A stretch of 64,000 nucleotides of DNA. Source: Leucoraja erinacea (taxonomy: Eukaryota). Position numbers and translations under genes: made by a program. The notes under the pieces are model-generated. The model ran no database searches, had not been told where the DNA came from, and saw only the letters and a program-made list of their open reading frames with translations. Below are positions 23,356-37,624 of the stretch, piece after piece; the first letter of the stretch is position 1, and each line of letters opens with the position of its first letter. Location of the stretch: the NCBI RefSeq assembly GCF_028641065.1, contig NC_073397.1:12648001-12712000 (forward strand), written 5' to 3'.

Positions 23356-26343
23356 ATAATAATCCAGATCGGGTTAATTGGTAAAATTGTACATTGTCCC
23401 TAGTGTTTGTGTAGGATAATGTTAATGTGCGGGGACCGCTGGTTGGAATGCATTTGGTGGCCTATTTCCACACTGTGTAACTAAACTAAAAGGTAATTGA
23501 AGCTGATACGTTCCCTGTTTATCTTTCAGAACGTTAACATTGTCAAACTTGAGGGAATGGTAGGTGGTAATATGAAGATTATCAGGCTCATGCTTGGGCT
23601 GATGTGATTTCATGAGGTTATTTGTAGATGTTGAGGACATCCTGAGCGGTTCGGTCCAATGTGTATAACATTGTACTCCCTGCTGATGTGTTGTCTGGTG
23701 GGATAGGAAGCTTTTAAGGATTGTGATGTAGGAGTCTGGCAAGTTGTTTGTATGTGAATTTGAGAGTTAGGCTGCTGCTGACTAATCCACGGGATAGTTA
23801 AAGCAGGTGGGAATCTCCGAAATGGGTAGTGAGAGATTAAAGATGAATGTGAATACTCCTGCCAGCTGTTCTATGCAAGATACACCACAAATCGAATAAT
23901 ACTGTAGACCGGGATCAAGCAATGCTCTGTCACCACATGAACCCCATTTCTCAATCTTGCTCAGTTCAACAAGCTGTGTGGTGGTAAGCTGCCGGGATAG
24001 CTCAAACCACATCTCTACTCCTCTCATTGAGTGACAGTGTGTAGATCAGTCTTGCACATGTCCATACTTGGTACTAATCTCCAAACCATTAATTCCTTCA
24101 TCAAAATGGAGGAGGAGCATTGCATATTTGGAAGATTGAGACATCAGATTGTTCCTGACAAGATCCAGAATAAGACCCTGATCAACACCATTCACTTTGC
24201 ATATTTTGTCAGTGAGGTTAGTCATCAGTGATAAGTCTGTCACCTTCTCCAGTGGACAAGTACACCCTTCCACAACTTGAGGAAACTCCAACATCATATG
24301 TTAAAATAATGTCAGTGCAAAAAAAGACCTGTCACATTCGTGGGACATTTGAACGGATCTACATAAACTGTAGACCGTTTCAAAGTCAAAAATCTTGCAT
24401 GAAAAATTTGTGAATTTCTTTTAAGTCTAGTTAAGTGACCTGCTGATGTAGGGATGTTAGCTGTGTTTATATAATTGTGCGAAAAGAGGTTGTACCAATG
24501 AAATGCAAATTAGCTTGCTTTGTTTATTCATTCCCTGATACATGACACTTATCAAGTTTTTGTTCAAACCTGTTGAGCGAGGGGAGGCCCTTGATTTCAT
24601 CTAAATTGGGCTATCTTATGCAATTGGGTTTAGAGCATACTCTATTTGAGCAGGTGAAAGTCGTCAATAAGTTATCGTTCATGCTGCATGGATTTGAAAT
24701 ATAAAGTGCACATTAAATAAGAAATTACTGAAAATAAATTCAAAAAGTGAAGGTTGAAGTGAGCTATTCAAAACCAATTCACTTTTAAGTTTGAACTTAA
24801 AAACCATTGTACTTTTTGATTACTCCAGCAACATTTAGGTTAATGATTTATGATGAAATCTGTTCTTTGTGGTCTGTGTTTGTGTACTACACACATACTA
24901 ACTTATCATTGAGCTATGTTGCAGATTTAAGTTTGATCAATGTTGTTCACCAGTTAACAATTTCTGTTCACCAGTTATATTTTACTTTAAACGCAAAGCT
25001 ATGTGGCAGTCATGAAAGCCAGAACTCTAAATGAAGTTGAATGGTACGTTCATAACAGGTTTTTGTTGAAATTGGCAGAAAAGTTGCATTTCTCTTTAAT
25101 TTGTAGTAAATGTCTGTCCCACACAAGAGCTCATATGGGTTGGGGGAAGAGTTGTGTTGAGGTGACAAACTAGCATGGATGATCTCTCCATACAATTGGA
25201 AGAATAATGATTGGGTGGGGGTGGTTAAATTACTCTATTTATTTGCATGCCGCATTTGAGTGGAATGTCAACTCTGCTAGTTCAGTACCAATCAAGGGTC
25301 TTTAACCAGAAATATTAATCCCATTTCTCTCTCCGTGAATGCTCTCTGACCTGCTGAGGCTGAGTTTTGTTAGCATTTTGTTTTTCTCTTGCATTTGCGA
25401 TTCTGATTTGAATCGGATTTCTAATCTGGATACTTGATGCAACTGGGCCAACTCGGAATACTAGAGTGCTAATCATGTAATGTTACAAGCAGGTATTTTG
25501 GCTTAGGAAAAGGAGAATTAGAATGTAAATAAGCCATATAAAGCTGCAAGGGCAAATATATGATGATTTGTAAGGAACTTAAAGATTTTGTTTCTTTATT
25601 TTTTCTGTTTCTATTTGAAGTGGAATAAGTTGTTTAAAAGAGCAGGACATGTTTTCTTATTTCAGGTTTGCATTAAATTGTTGCATCTCTGAAAAGTGTA
25701 TTTTTTCAGTCTTATTCTTGTATGGTGATCTTATTCTTAGACAAAGGTATTGCAGAAAAGATTGTGTCTACAATAGTTTGAGAAGTGAATGTCTCCAACA
25801 ATAGGAATGATAGTCATCACATATTATCCAGGTTAAACATTGGCTTATGAGGAATTGGTTCATACAAGGTTTGTCATTTTATCATGCACTTGTGACTAAC
25901 CGTCACAAAATTCTTGTGACTAAATATTTGCTTTTAACTTTAAAGCATTGTGAGGTGGTTTCATACTTAACAATTGTTGTAGTTTTAGTAGTTTTAAGTT
26001 ATTCTGTTTCTGAATGCATCAAAACTGTTGCTTGTTAACTGGAAAGTAGCATCGTAATTACGTAATTGGGATAAAATCATAATTATTTTGCAGAGTTAAC
26101 ATAGATTTACATAGAATGTGCATCACAGATGCATCAATCAGTTCATCTAGTTCATGCTGGTGCTTTATGATGTGCTGGACTGTCATCTCCCATTCTAATT
26201 ATATGAATTCCTTGGTCTTATTGAGCCTTCCTCATGAAGTACTGATTATTGAACTTCACTACCTTATGCACCTGTCATCATTTTCAAGGAGTTTTATACT
26301 TACACTCAGTACCCTGAGGTGCCTTCCATTTAAAGTCCTGTTA

Positions 26344-26634
26344 AGGGGCTGTCCCACTGTACGAGCTAATTCAAGAGCTCTCACGAGTTTAAAAAAAATC
26401 AAACTTGTGGTAAGCACATAGAATGTATGTAGCGGGTACGTCGGAGCTCGGGACGTCTCTTAGCGGCTCGAAATGCTAACAGCAGGTACTCGAGAAACGC
26501 GGTAAACTCGTGAAGATTTTTCAACGTTGAAAAATATCCACAAGAGCCCCGAGTACCTACCGCAATTCTCCGAGTTCGAATCTGGGGTAACTCGGGAGAA
26601 CTCTTGAATTAGCTCGTACAGTGGGACAGCCCCT
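26344..26634. mobile_element. PIF/Harbinger-type MITE
   Basis: 34-bp perfect TIR aggggctgtcccactgtacgagctaattcaagag; flanks TTA/TAA (could also be read as TTAA). Confidence 0.85.
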
Positions 26635-26639
26635 TAAGT

Positions 26640-28110
26640 ATTTGACGGCCCAAAACGCATAGTCTCGTGCTTGTCTGGTTAAAACTCTGTCTGCCATTGC
26701 TATACCCAGCTTTCCAACTCTTCTATTTCCTGTATTACATCAAACGCAACTGGGTCAACCAATTTTTGTCCTCTACTCAACCATTTTTTGTATTGTCAAC
26801 AAACTCGCTAATCAGTCTACTTTGATAAAGTGCACATAAATCTCATCTACAGCCCTGCTTTTGTCAATTTTCTTACTTACCAAAAATCTCAATCTGATTT
26901 GTGAGACAGGATTTCCCCTGTTGACTCCTCTTAATTAGTCAACATAAATCCTGTCCCGTTGGATTGTTTTCTAATACTTTTCCAACGATTAATATAAGGC
27001 TCTCTGGTTTGCAGTTTCCTGGCTTATTTCTGCGGCTCTTTTTGAATAAGGAGTAACATTAGCAAAAATTATCAAAAAGAAAATACTTTATTTGATTTCT
27101 AAGTTACTATATTACATTGAGAATGGTCATTTTACTCTCTGCCATGTAAGTAGAAATATTTGCTCTGTCTCTACTCTATCAAGACCTTTTTTATAATTAT
27201 GAAACTATCTAATGGGTCAACAGAAAAGAGAGCTAGTTTGTTCATGGAGTTTTATAGCACAGAAGCAGTTCCTTTTGCCCACCATACCGATGCAAACCTT
27301 TTTGTCCATCTAAGTAATTGAATCTGATTCCACCATCACCTCTGCAGCACTTTCTGATATTGACTGATCCTTGTGTTTAAAAAAAAGTTTCCATCTAATC
27401 CTCTTTAATGTTCCTTCCTCACACTTGAAAACATGTGTACAGTTGTTTTCGATCTCCCTGCAATGGAACAAAATGTTAATTACCTACCCTGTCTATGACT
27501 CTTTTGTTTATATCGTTATCACCTCACCCGTAACATCCTTCACTCCAGTAAAAACAAGCCCAGCGTATTTGTGCTCTTTCCAAAATCCTCTAATCCAGAT
27601 AACATCTTGGGCGAATCTTCTGTTTTCTAAAGTGCAACCTAATCCTTCCCGCAGTGTGGCAAACCACACAATGCCCCAAGTGTGGTCTAATTGTTTATAA
27701 AGTTGCAACATATTGTCCGAATGTTTACATTCTTTGCCTCGACCTACGAAGGCAAAAATGTCATATACCACCTCCATCACGCTATCTACCTGCATTGTCA
27801 CTTTCATGGAATTATGGACTTGAAGCCCAATGTCCCTCTGTTTATTAACATCCCCACTGTTTATTGTTTGTCCTTTTTGATTTTCCGAAATGCATCAGCT
27901 CCGACATGTTGCGGCTAAATTCCATCTGTCAACCTATATCTTGCTGTTCCCTTTAACCTTCTTCACTATCCGCAATACTTTTGTGTAATGCACAAATGTT
28001 CTCATTGTACCTCCTACATCTGTATCGTTAGCATATCACAATCAACAAGGATCCCCACACTGATTCCTGAGGTACACGTCTGATTACAGACTTCCATTCA
28101 GAAAAGCACC
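26640..28110 (-). mobile_element. Decayed CR1-like LINE fragments
   Basis: Minus-strand LQLYKQLDHTWGIVWF (decayed LVRPHLEYCVQFW) and other RT remnants; boundaries approximate. Confidence 0.55.
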
Positions 28111-28124
28111 CATTACCTGCCAGA

Positions 28125-28305
28125 CTTTGTCCTGCCCTCTGTTCCAGCTTTGTCCCTTCCCCACCCCCCTTTCAACCAGCCTGAAGAAGGGTCCCGAACC
28201 TAAACATCACCTATCCATGTTCTCCACAGATGCTGTTTGGACCTGTTTAATTACTCCAGCACTTTGTCTTTTATTGCAAATCAACATCTGCTGTTTCTCA
28301 TATCC
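28125..28305 (+). mobile_element. Penelope-like pLTR fragment
   Basis: ctgaagaagggtcccgaacctaaacatcacc...cagatgctg...ttactccagcac. Confidence 0.7.
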
Positions 28306-28350
28306 ACAATATACAACTACTACTGGCTTTAGTCAAATTCCTGTTTCTCA

Positions 28351-28595
28351 AAAGATAGACACAATATGCTGGAGTAACTCAGCGGGACAGGCAGCATCTC
28401 CTGATGGAAGGATTGGGTGAGGTTTCTGATCGAGACCCTTCTTCAAAATGAAGAAGAAGATCTGCAGAGGAGCCTCGACCCAAAACGTCACCATTCCTTC
28501 TATCCAGAGATGCTGTCTGTCCTGCTGAGTTACTCCAGCATTTTGTGTCTATCTTCAGTGTGAACCAGCATCTGCAGTTCCTTCCAACACATTTC
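28351..28595. mobile_element. Palindromic Penelope-pLTR-derived insertion
   Basis: Inverted arms tgctggagtaactcagc / gctgagttactccagca; flanking tcctgtttctca / tcctgcttctca (1 mismatch). Confidence 0.8.
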
Positions 28596-28876
28596 TCCTG
28601 CTTCTCAGCCTCCACACTTTGAAGGTCATGATGTTAAAGAAGGGAAACAATGGAGGCAAATGGTTATTTAAAGATGAAAGCCAGGAACTGGTGGCATGTT
28701 ACTTACATTGGTGTTGGGGCCTTTGCTATTTATATTCTATGAATAGGCAGGCAAGTATTGAGGAGAATGTAAGTTGTGATGCAGCTGGGTACTGCCGAGA
28801 TTGATCCTGAAGTACCATTTTGCTCCATTATGTGCAATTATGCGCAAAGAAACTTGACTAAATGGTATTCTGGAAT

Positions 28877-29147
28877 GACAATAGTCAATAGGTGCAGGAG
28901 CAGGCCATTCGGCACTTCAAGCCAGCAACGCCATTCAATGTGGTCATGGCTGATTATCCACAATCAGTACCCTGTTCCTGCCCTCCCAGATATCCCCTGA
29001 CTCCGCAATCTTCAAGAGCCCTATCTAGCTCTCTCGTGAAAGTATCCAGAGAACCGGCCTCCACCGCCCTCTGAAGCAGAGAATTCCACAGACTCACAAT
29101 TCTATGTGAAAAAGTGTTTCCTCATCTCCGTTCTAAATGGCTTACCA
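28877..29147 (-). mobile_element. CR1-type LINE 3' end
   Basis: gacaatagtcaataggtgcaggagcaggccattc tail, agagaattccacagactcaca, tgtttcctcatctccgttctaaatgg. Confidence 0.85.
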
Positions 29148-30626
29148 GATTTACATATTTTGAGCATGTTGGGGCGTGTAATGGAATGAAAGCAGATCTT
29201 ATTAAAATTAATGTTCTGAAGGGAGGGGCATTGAGGGATGGGTGCTGAGAGGGTGTTCTTTTAATCTTCAGACTTCTATATCACAAAGCTGCGTTTGTGA
29301 GGGTTATTGAATGCATTAAAGGCAGAGATTGACAGGCACTAAAATAACAAGGGAGTCAAGAGGTATATGAAGAGCCATGATCTTATTACATAGCAGATCA
29401 CATTCAAGATACCAATTTGGCCTAATTCTGCTCCTGTTATTACTCTTCCTAAACTTTGCAGTTCTCTTTCCCCACAAGATCTTTCTTTAAACATTATCTC
29501 TTTTGAACACGTTTTGGTTGCATGGTTTCAAAATCTCCATTTAGTTTGGTGTTAATGTTTGTTTAACAATGTTTACATAGAACTGTAAATCTTATATTAG
29601 TTTTGACGTGGATTAAAGAACAAAGTTGTGGTTAAAAGGTGCACAGACTAGACATGGCCAAATCTGTCAATTGGCAGACAGATTTGTTCACTTTTGTGGC
29701 ATATGCCAATTCTTAATTAAAACTGAGGCCATTAGACTATTAGAAATCTGATGAGGTCCATAATTCCAGATTCTTGCCCTGAAGCTTTATAAAGTAGTTT
29801 GAGGATTGGACCAGGTGTTGTGAAGAAATTGAACCTCAAGGGTGGGGGAAGAGTGAAGGGGGTTTGCTGGGGAAGAGATATTTGGTGCAGAGTCTTACTA
29901 GGATTTCCAAGCATTATTCTTAGGAATTGCCCCTCTGATTCAGATCTGATTTGGAATAGGTTTAATCTCATTGATTTTAATAAGGATTTTTGGCAATGTA
30001 ATGGGAAAGGTAAGTTATGATTTTTTGTTGTTGTTAATAAGCTTTTTTTATTTGCCATCTTAATATTTTTTAATCTGTCATTTTAACCACTGTTAAATGG
30101 CCTAAACCGTAAGGTTAACCCTTACAGCTAACAGCTTACTATTATCAAAGGTATAACTAATTATAAATAATTAGTAGATGAAAGTGTTAGATAAATAAAT
30201 TTTACAGTAGCTGAACACTGATCTGATAAGTCTGAATGAAATATGTATATATATATATAGTGTAATTGGGTGAAATATAATTGATTTTGAAATGGCACCG
30301 CCATCCTAGGTTTAGAGTAATAAAAGGAGCGGAGCTAATTGTACAACATCAACTTCGGAAGTCGAATAGATATCGAATCCCACAGACGCGTGGGACACGC
30401 ACTACAGTGTCGAATACTTCAGACACTGTAATTTTACTTGTTCAATTTTTTTTTAAATCACAATATGTCACTACTATGTGGTTTTTTTTTCCAAGGAAAA
30501 TCGCAAAAGGGATCTACCAAAGAAGTTAATAATATAAACGCCCCCCAAATATCCAGAGTCCTGAGGTATGGATGCACCGTAATAAATAAGGGTATTAAAA
30601 TCAGAGAAAATGCAAGATGAAAGAAA

Positions 30627-33600
30627 ATGGGAGGAATCACACTGTGTAGCTGGAATATAAGGGGAATGAACCAATTAAAAGGGGCAAAATACTAGCTCAG
30701 TTGAAATCATATAACACGGACATTACTTTTCTACAAGAAATGCACCTTAAACATCAAGATCAGATGAGATTGAGGGCGAATTGGATAGGCCAATCATTTC
30801 ACTCCTCATATACTTCGAAATCCAGAGGCACCACAATTATTATTCGCAAACGAATAACATTCAAATCAAAGAACATTATATCAGATAAGGAAGGGAGATA
30901 TCTTATAGTTACAGGAGAGATCCATGCTACACCAATCACTTTGGTAAACATATATGCGCCCAATTTGTGATAATCCTCAATTTTTTAATAAAATCCTGAA
31001 TACAATCGCAGAATTTAACTACCAAAATGTTATAATTGGAGGAGACTTCAACTGTGTTTTAGATCCGTACTTGGATAAATCGATGCAAAAACAAAGAGGT
31101 AATATGAAATCTAAAACTAGTGAAATCTTAAATACAAATATAGCAGACGTCTGGAGGATTGCGAATCCGACTGGAAGGGAATACTCGTTTTATTCAATGG
31201 TACACAAAACATACTCACGTATAGACTACTTCCTAGTGGATACAAAACTAATCCCTTATACTATGAACCCTAAATATCACACCAATACGATTTCAGATCA
31301 CTCCCCGCTAACTTTCGTTTTAAAATTAGAAGGAATGTCTACGAACAAATCGTTCTGGAGGTTTAACTCGCAAATTCTGAAAGACCCACAAGGGAGTATA
31401 TATCTAAAAAAACAGACGGACCTATTTTTTGAGACAAACGATACACCAGATATAACTCTCACTTTATTATGGGAATCCTTCAAAGCATTTATTAGAGGAG
31501 TCATTATCTCGTATCAAGCTTTTCAAAACAAAAAGAATAAGAATGAACAAAGACAATTAGAAGAACAAATCAGACAACTAGATATAGATAATGCTAAAGA
31601 CCCAACTATGGATAAACATAATAAAATTTTAATACTGAAATTTAAGCTAAATAAATTATTATCAGAGAAGATTATAAGATTATTCCAAATTACAAAACAA
31701 GAACATTCTGAATTTGGGGATAAACCCCATAAACCTTTGGCACGCCAACTGAAAAAACGGGAAAAAGATCATGCAATTTTAAAGATTAAATCATATAGAG
31801 GGGAATTATTAACCCTACCTAATGATATCAATAAAAGATTTGCTCAATTTTACAAGAATTTATACACATCGAAAATGCTAATAGACAATAATAAAGTTTC
31901 AGAATTTTTGGACAATTGTAACCTTCCAAAACTAGAATTGAAGGAACAAGAGGAACTGGGAGCACAAATTACATCTAAGGAAATAGAAGACACGATAAAC
32001 ACACTTAAGAATGGAAAAACACCAGGACCAGACGGATTCAGTAATGAATTTTATAAATGTTTTAAGGACATAGTTACACCACGTCTACAGAAAATGTATA
32101 CATACGTTTTTAAAGAACAAATCTTACCTGAAACACTAGCAGAAACAACGATCACATTAATACTTAAAAATGATAAAGATATAGAAGAACCAGGCTCATA
32201 TAGAGCTATTGCTTTGTTAAATACGGATCAAAAAATATTAGCGAAAACACTAGCTAGAAGACTAAGTCAATATGTTAGTAAATTAATAAATGAGGATCAA
32301 ACGGGATTTATACCTAAGAGACATTCATTTAATAACCTGAGACGTCTGCTTGACATAATGCACTCTCACAAACCTCAAGAACAAGAGTTATCTATCATTT
32401 CATTGGACGCAGAAAAAGCGTTTGATCAAGTAGAATGGGATTATATGATTAAAGTATTGCAAAATTTTCAAATGGGAGAGAACTTCATCACATGGATAAA
32501 ATTATTATATAACAAACCCACGGCTAGAATATTAACTAATAATATACTATCTACGAAATTCCAATTAGCAAGGGGCAATAGACAAGGATGTTCATTATCA
32601 CCGCTGTTATTTGCTCTGGTAATTGAACCTTTAGCTGAAAAAATTAGAACACACCCGGATATTTACGGTTATAATACAAAATATTCAAATAACAAAATAT
32701 CCTTATACGCAGATGATGTATTACTGTATATCACAAAACCCCAAATCAGTATACCAAACATATTAAATCTAATTGAGGACTTTGGATCTTTCTCAGGATA
32801 CAGAATAAACTGGAACAAAAGTGAAATTATGTCGATAAAACCGAAAGACTCAACACATCTCTTGAAATTCCCCTTTAAAATAGCCACAGAAAAATTTAAA
32901 TATTTAGGAATTGAAATCACTAGAAATTATCACGCTATGTTTAATGCCAATTATAGCCCCTTACTTAAGAAACTAAATAATCTAATCAAATTCTGGAAAA
33001 CGCTCCCGATGTCTTTAATAGGTCGAATAAATGCTATAAAAATAATCTTTTTACCACAAATCCTATATTTATTTCAATCAATTCCAATATATCTTCCAAA
33101 AAAGTTTATCAAAAAACTAGACTCAGGCATTACAAATTTTATATGGGATTACAAATCCCACAGAATACAAAGAGCACACCTTATTAAACCAAAAGAGATG
33201 GGTGGTCTAGCGCTCCCCAACTTTATGTAGTATAATTGGGCAGTAAATATTTAAAATATGATTCACCTGCTGGACAACTCCGCCCAGCAGGTGGACTGGA
33301 TTGTAATGGAGAGAGAGGACTGCTCTCCGTGTAATACAGGAGCGACTCTCCTCTCAACAATGAATCTGAATAACAAAAATTATAATAAAATTCCAATGAT
33401 ACATAGCACAATTAGAAGTTGGAAACAAATAAAACAGAATCTAAAATTAAGAAATCTATCCCTTTTAATGCCAATAGTCAATAACCCGTCGTTTAAACCC
33501 TCAATTATAGATAAATCATTTACACAATGGGAAAGAATGGGAATCAAAACGCTCGGAGACTTGTATGAATTAGGAAAATTATTATCATTTCAACAATTAC

Positions 33601-34805
33601 AACTGAAATATAATTTGAAAAATAATCAATATTTTAAATATCTTCAAATCTGTGACTATCTGAAAAAATACACAAAAGACTATCATAACATGCCCCCAGA
33701 CTTATTGGATGAAGCCATGAAGCCAAAGGCTGAATCAGCAAATCTAATATCATACTTGTACAACATTATTTTAAATATAGAAATACCTACAACCGATGGT
33801 ATTAGAAGAGACTGGGAACAAGAACTAGCTATAAGAATTTCAAAGGAGAGCTGGGATAAACACTTACTATATATGCATAAATGCTCGGTCAACGTACGAC
33901 ATACTCTAATTCAGTATAAAACATTACATAGACTATATTATTCAAAAACTAAAATAAATAAACTTTTCCCCAATGTCTCACCCATTTGTGATAAATGTCA
34001 GTCACAAGAAGCTACCATATCGCACTCTTTTGTTTTCTGTATAAAAATTCAAAAATTCTGGAACTAAATATTTGAAATATTCACAAAATTATTTAAAATA
34101 AAACTTGTACCAAAAGCAGAATGGATCATTTTTGGAATAGAAACATAGAAACATAGAAATTAGGTGCAGGAGTAGGCCATTCGGCCTTTCGCCTGCACCG
34201 CCATTCAATATGATCATGGCTGATCATCCAACTCAGTATCCCGGTACCTGCCTTCTCTCCATACCCCCTGATCCCCTTAGCCACAAGGGCCACATCTAAC
34301 TCCCTCTTAAATATAGCCAATGAACTGGCCTCAACTACCCTCTGTGGCAGAGAGTTCCAGAGATTCACCACTCTCTGTGTGAAAAAAAAAAGTTCTTCTC
34401 ATCTCGGTTTTAAAGGATTTCCCCCTTATCCTTAAGCTGTGACCCCTTGTCCTGGACTTCCCTAACATCGGGAACAATCTTCCTGCATCTAGCCTGTCCA
34501 ACAAACCCCTTAAGAATTTTGTAAGTTTCTATAAGATCCCCTCTCAATCTTCTAAATTCTAGAGAATATCGGAAGGTAACCCCGAATTAAATGTGTTTCA
34601 AAAGAACTTACTTAATTACGGGCTAATAATGGGGAAAAAGCTTATACTCAAATTTTGGAAAAATGCTCCAATACCAACAATAAAAATGTGGATTTCAAAC
34701 ATGTTCGAAACACTACACTTGGAAGAGATGAGACTCCTCCTAGCAGGCAAAGCAGACCACTTCCAAAAGACGTGGTCTGCATTTACGGAACTATTACAAG
34801 CATAA
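30627..34805 (+). pseudogene. L1 ORF2 (APE endonuclease, reverse transcriptase, C-terminal CCHC); few disruptions, 758-aa open stretch at 30954-33230
   Basis: SWNIRG, FLQE, NIYAPN, GGDFN, SRIDYF, SDH; GKTPGPDG, LDAEKAFD, RQGCSLSPLLF, YADD; CDKC-x8-H-x4-C; frameshifts near 30670 and 30965, stops at 33228 and 34065. Confidence 0.95.
34140..34563 (-). mobile_element. CR1-type LINE 3' fragment nested in L1 ORF2
   Basis: (gaaacata)n tail, VNLWNSLPQRVVEA; gaata repeated at 34135-39 and 34564-68; L1 reading WIIFG|ISEGNP resumes after it. Confidence 0.93.
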
Positions 34806-37624
34806 GGTACAATAGTAATTTAAAATATAAATGGTACCAGGATCTGGTAACGGGGGGTATAAAATAAATTTAAAAAAAAACACGGTATATCCTTTTTTGC
34901 AGAGTTTTGTGTTACAATAGAGAGATTGTTTTTCCTTTTTTTTCTTTTCTTTCTAGGGTCTTATTTCCTTTCTTTACTTCCTTCTCTAACTTCTTCCCTA
35001 AGGGACTTTCTTCTCCCAACACTTTCCTGCACCTTCACGATTCTTGCTCACTTTCCTTACTTCTTTTATTTCTACCTTCTTTAAAGCTCGAAAAACGAAG
35101 TGGTACAACAAAATGGAATAAGATATATGTGATGTGATTTACTGTACTTCCAATTAAAAAAATAAATAAATAAATAAATAATAATAAAAAAAAAAATGGC
35201 CTAAACCTTCAGACAGAAATTTCACTTCCGGATTTGCCTTCTGCCACAGTAATTTGAGCATGGTGCCGTGGGACTACTGCCTGGGTTTAGAAGCTGCTTT
35301 TTTTTATTTTTTTTTATTTTTAGCTGAGAGCTAACTGCCGTATGCCTGGGTGCAGAAGATCAGCAATATCAGTCCCTTGCATCTGCCCCAGGTCAACGGA
35401 GGTAGGCAATGTACCTGGGCAGGAGGCCTAGTTCCTCATTATTCGAGTAGGCTCAGGACTGAATACTTGAGTCAGTAATTTTGACAAGTGATACTGCTAT
35501 TAATTTTGTTTCCGTCATTGTACCTTTTGCCTTTGCCATTTAATATTTTCTTCCTTCTACATTTTTTTGTACATTCCTTCCCTTTGGTTCCCCTTTCTTT
35601 TCTCCTCCTCCAATTCTACGTCACAAGATTTGTTCTGTCTAGAGAGCAAAAAATAATCATTTGTATCCAGATTCCAGCATCTGCTGTCTTTTGTGTCTTC
35701 CTTTTCCCCAATTCTGAACTAGTCATTAGCCTAAAACTGTCTGTTGCAATGCTGTTTTGTCAAAAGATGGTTTTTAGCATCCATATTATATTATTTTGCT
35801 TTGATACAGTTTGACTTTCTGTGAAGTTATCAAATTTACCTACTGGGTCAATTTTAAATTCAAATTTGAACATACTTGACTTTTGCCACTGGCACAATTA
35901 AACTATTAAAATTGTTTAAGAAAGATTTGATCTAGTTCTCTCAAATCTCAGCAAAATAATTTTGTAAAATAATTCTCATAGTAATGTTTAAGTATCTTTT
36001 TAAGCATGCATAAGCTTAATGTGAATTTAAGGATGTTTCCTATAAGATTTCTTTTAATTTCAGTTTGAACTTGCTGTGTTGAACATTCTCACTCTCTATG
36101 GTCCCTAAGGGGTTAATTGTATAAGTTGAAATTCAGTTAGCAAAACCTCTCGCGCTGATTGGATGTTAAAAGGTGAAAATAGAATCACCATAAACTTTTG
36201 ACCCTTCCTTGGTACGTGTTCTGTGCAACGCCCACCACAAGCGACTTGTAGAATGCTGTTTCCCTGCATGTTAACAGCCTAGTAGCCTGTAACATATTAT
36301 ACATGTTAAACCCTGCTTTGAATTTTGAGTGGAGAAAAACGTTTCTATTCAAATATTTGGTAATAATTTTAAGTGCAAACATGACGTGGATTCCTTTTTT
36401 AAAAGAATGAACAAAACTTGCCACCAAAGCACAGCTTTGCCTTCTGTTTTTACAAATGGCTGTAGCTCATTTTAGCACAAGCACTCCAGAGTACAACTGT
36501 TTCTACTGGCTTCTTTTTGCTAAAGTGAAATGTTTGGATGCAATAAAGAGAGCACAGCGCCATTTTTTTCCACACTAATTATTTCATGCTTTTCCTGGTA
36601 TCAAAAGGTTATAGCTAGAGTGAACAGGGGATAAACGTTTACTTTGCACATTCATAGGCTCCAGAGAATATATTAAATAGATTAAACTTTAAGATCAGTA
36701 ATTTAAAATAAAGGTGCATAATGTGGTTGAAGATGTACTGTATATTTTCCATTTGAAATAATTGCAACATATTTGAAATCTTATTTGCAGTGATAGCCTG
36801 AATCTGTATCTGTAACACCTTTGTATGCAGATCTTTTGTGTTTTTGATTTGAGAATGACTTCCTCAATTTTCCCCCCTATTTCGCCCCACCTTCTTGTAT
36901 GTTGCATTTAAACCAGCCTTTAGAAGAATGGACAAAATTAGAAAATTAAATTGGCAGTAAAGTAACGTCATGTTGCAGTACTAGAATTCCAAATCAATTT
37001 GAGATCCAGTAAAAGATCTGAAACCAGGTTAATTGCCAGTTTTTCACCTGAGGAAATGTTTCATGTGGAGGCGTTTGATTGGAAGAAAGTAAATTAACTA
37101 AATATAGCGATTAGTGACATTAGATGACCTGTAAAAAACATGTATTGTCTTGGATTAAAGTCCTTGTTTTCTGCTGTATGTGTTTTTTTCCTCTAATCTT
37201 TCATTCTCTGAATCATTTTTCAAAGCGGAGTGTTTTAAAATATACTGATAATGAGCCACCTCAATTAAATATCTGCATTTGATGTAATCTATTATTCATA
37301 AATGAGTATTCAAAGGACAAACATTGTTAAAAGTGTGATGCATTTTAATTTAAATAAGAAACGTTGAGATTGGGCTGCATCTGTGGAGAAAGAAACGGAG
37401 CCGATTTTACAAAAGGTCACTGCTGTTGATGTGCTATCTTGTTTCTCTTTCCACAAATTCTGCCTGACGTATGTTTTTCCAGATTTTCTGTTTTTATTCC
37501 TGATTTCCACATTATGCATATCGTTGCTTTGTGGGAAGCATCCAACTTGCCTGAAACCTCAGGAGATGAGTACTATGATTTAATATATTCTATATTATAG
37601 TCTACTACCTCATCTTTACTATGG

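Larger units (their letters stand above)
30109..35193 (+). mobile_element. L1-clade LINE, 5'-truncated (no ORF1), with poly(A) tail and TSD
   Basis: TSD aaatggcctaaacc (30095-30108, 35194-35207); A-rich tail at ~35152-35193; ORF2 with APE, RT and CCHC domains. Confidence 0.95.
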
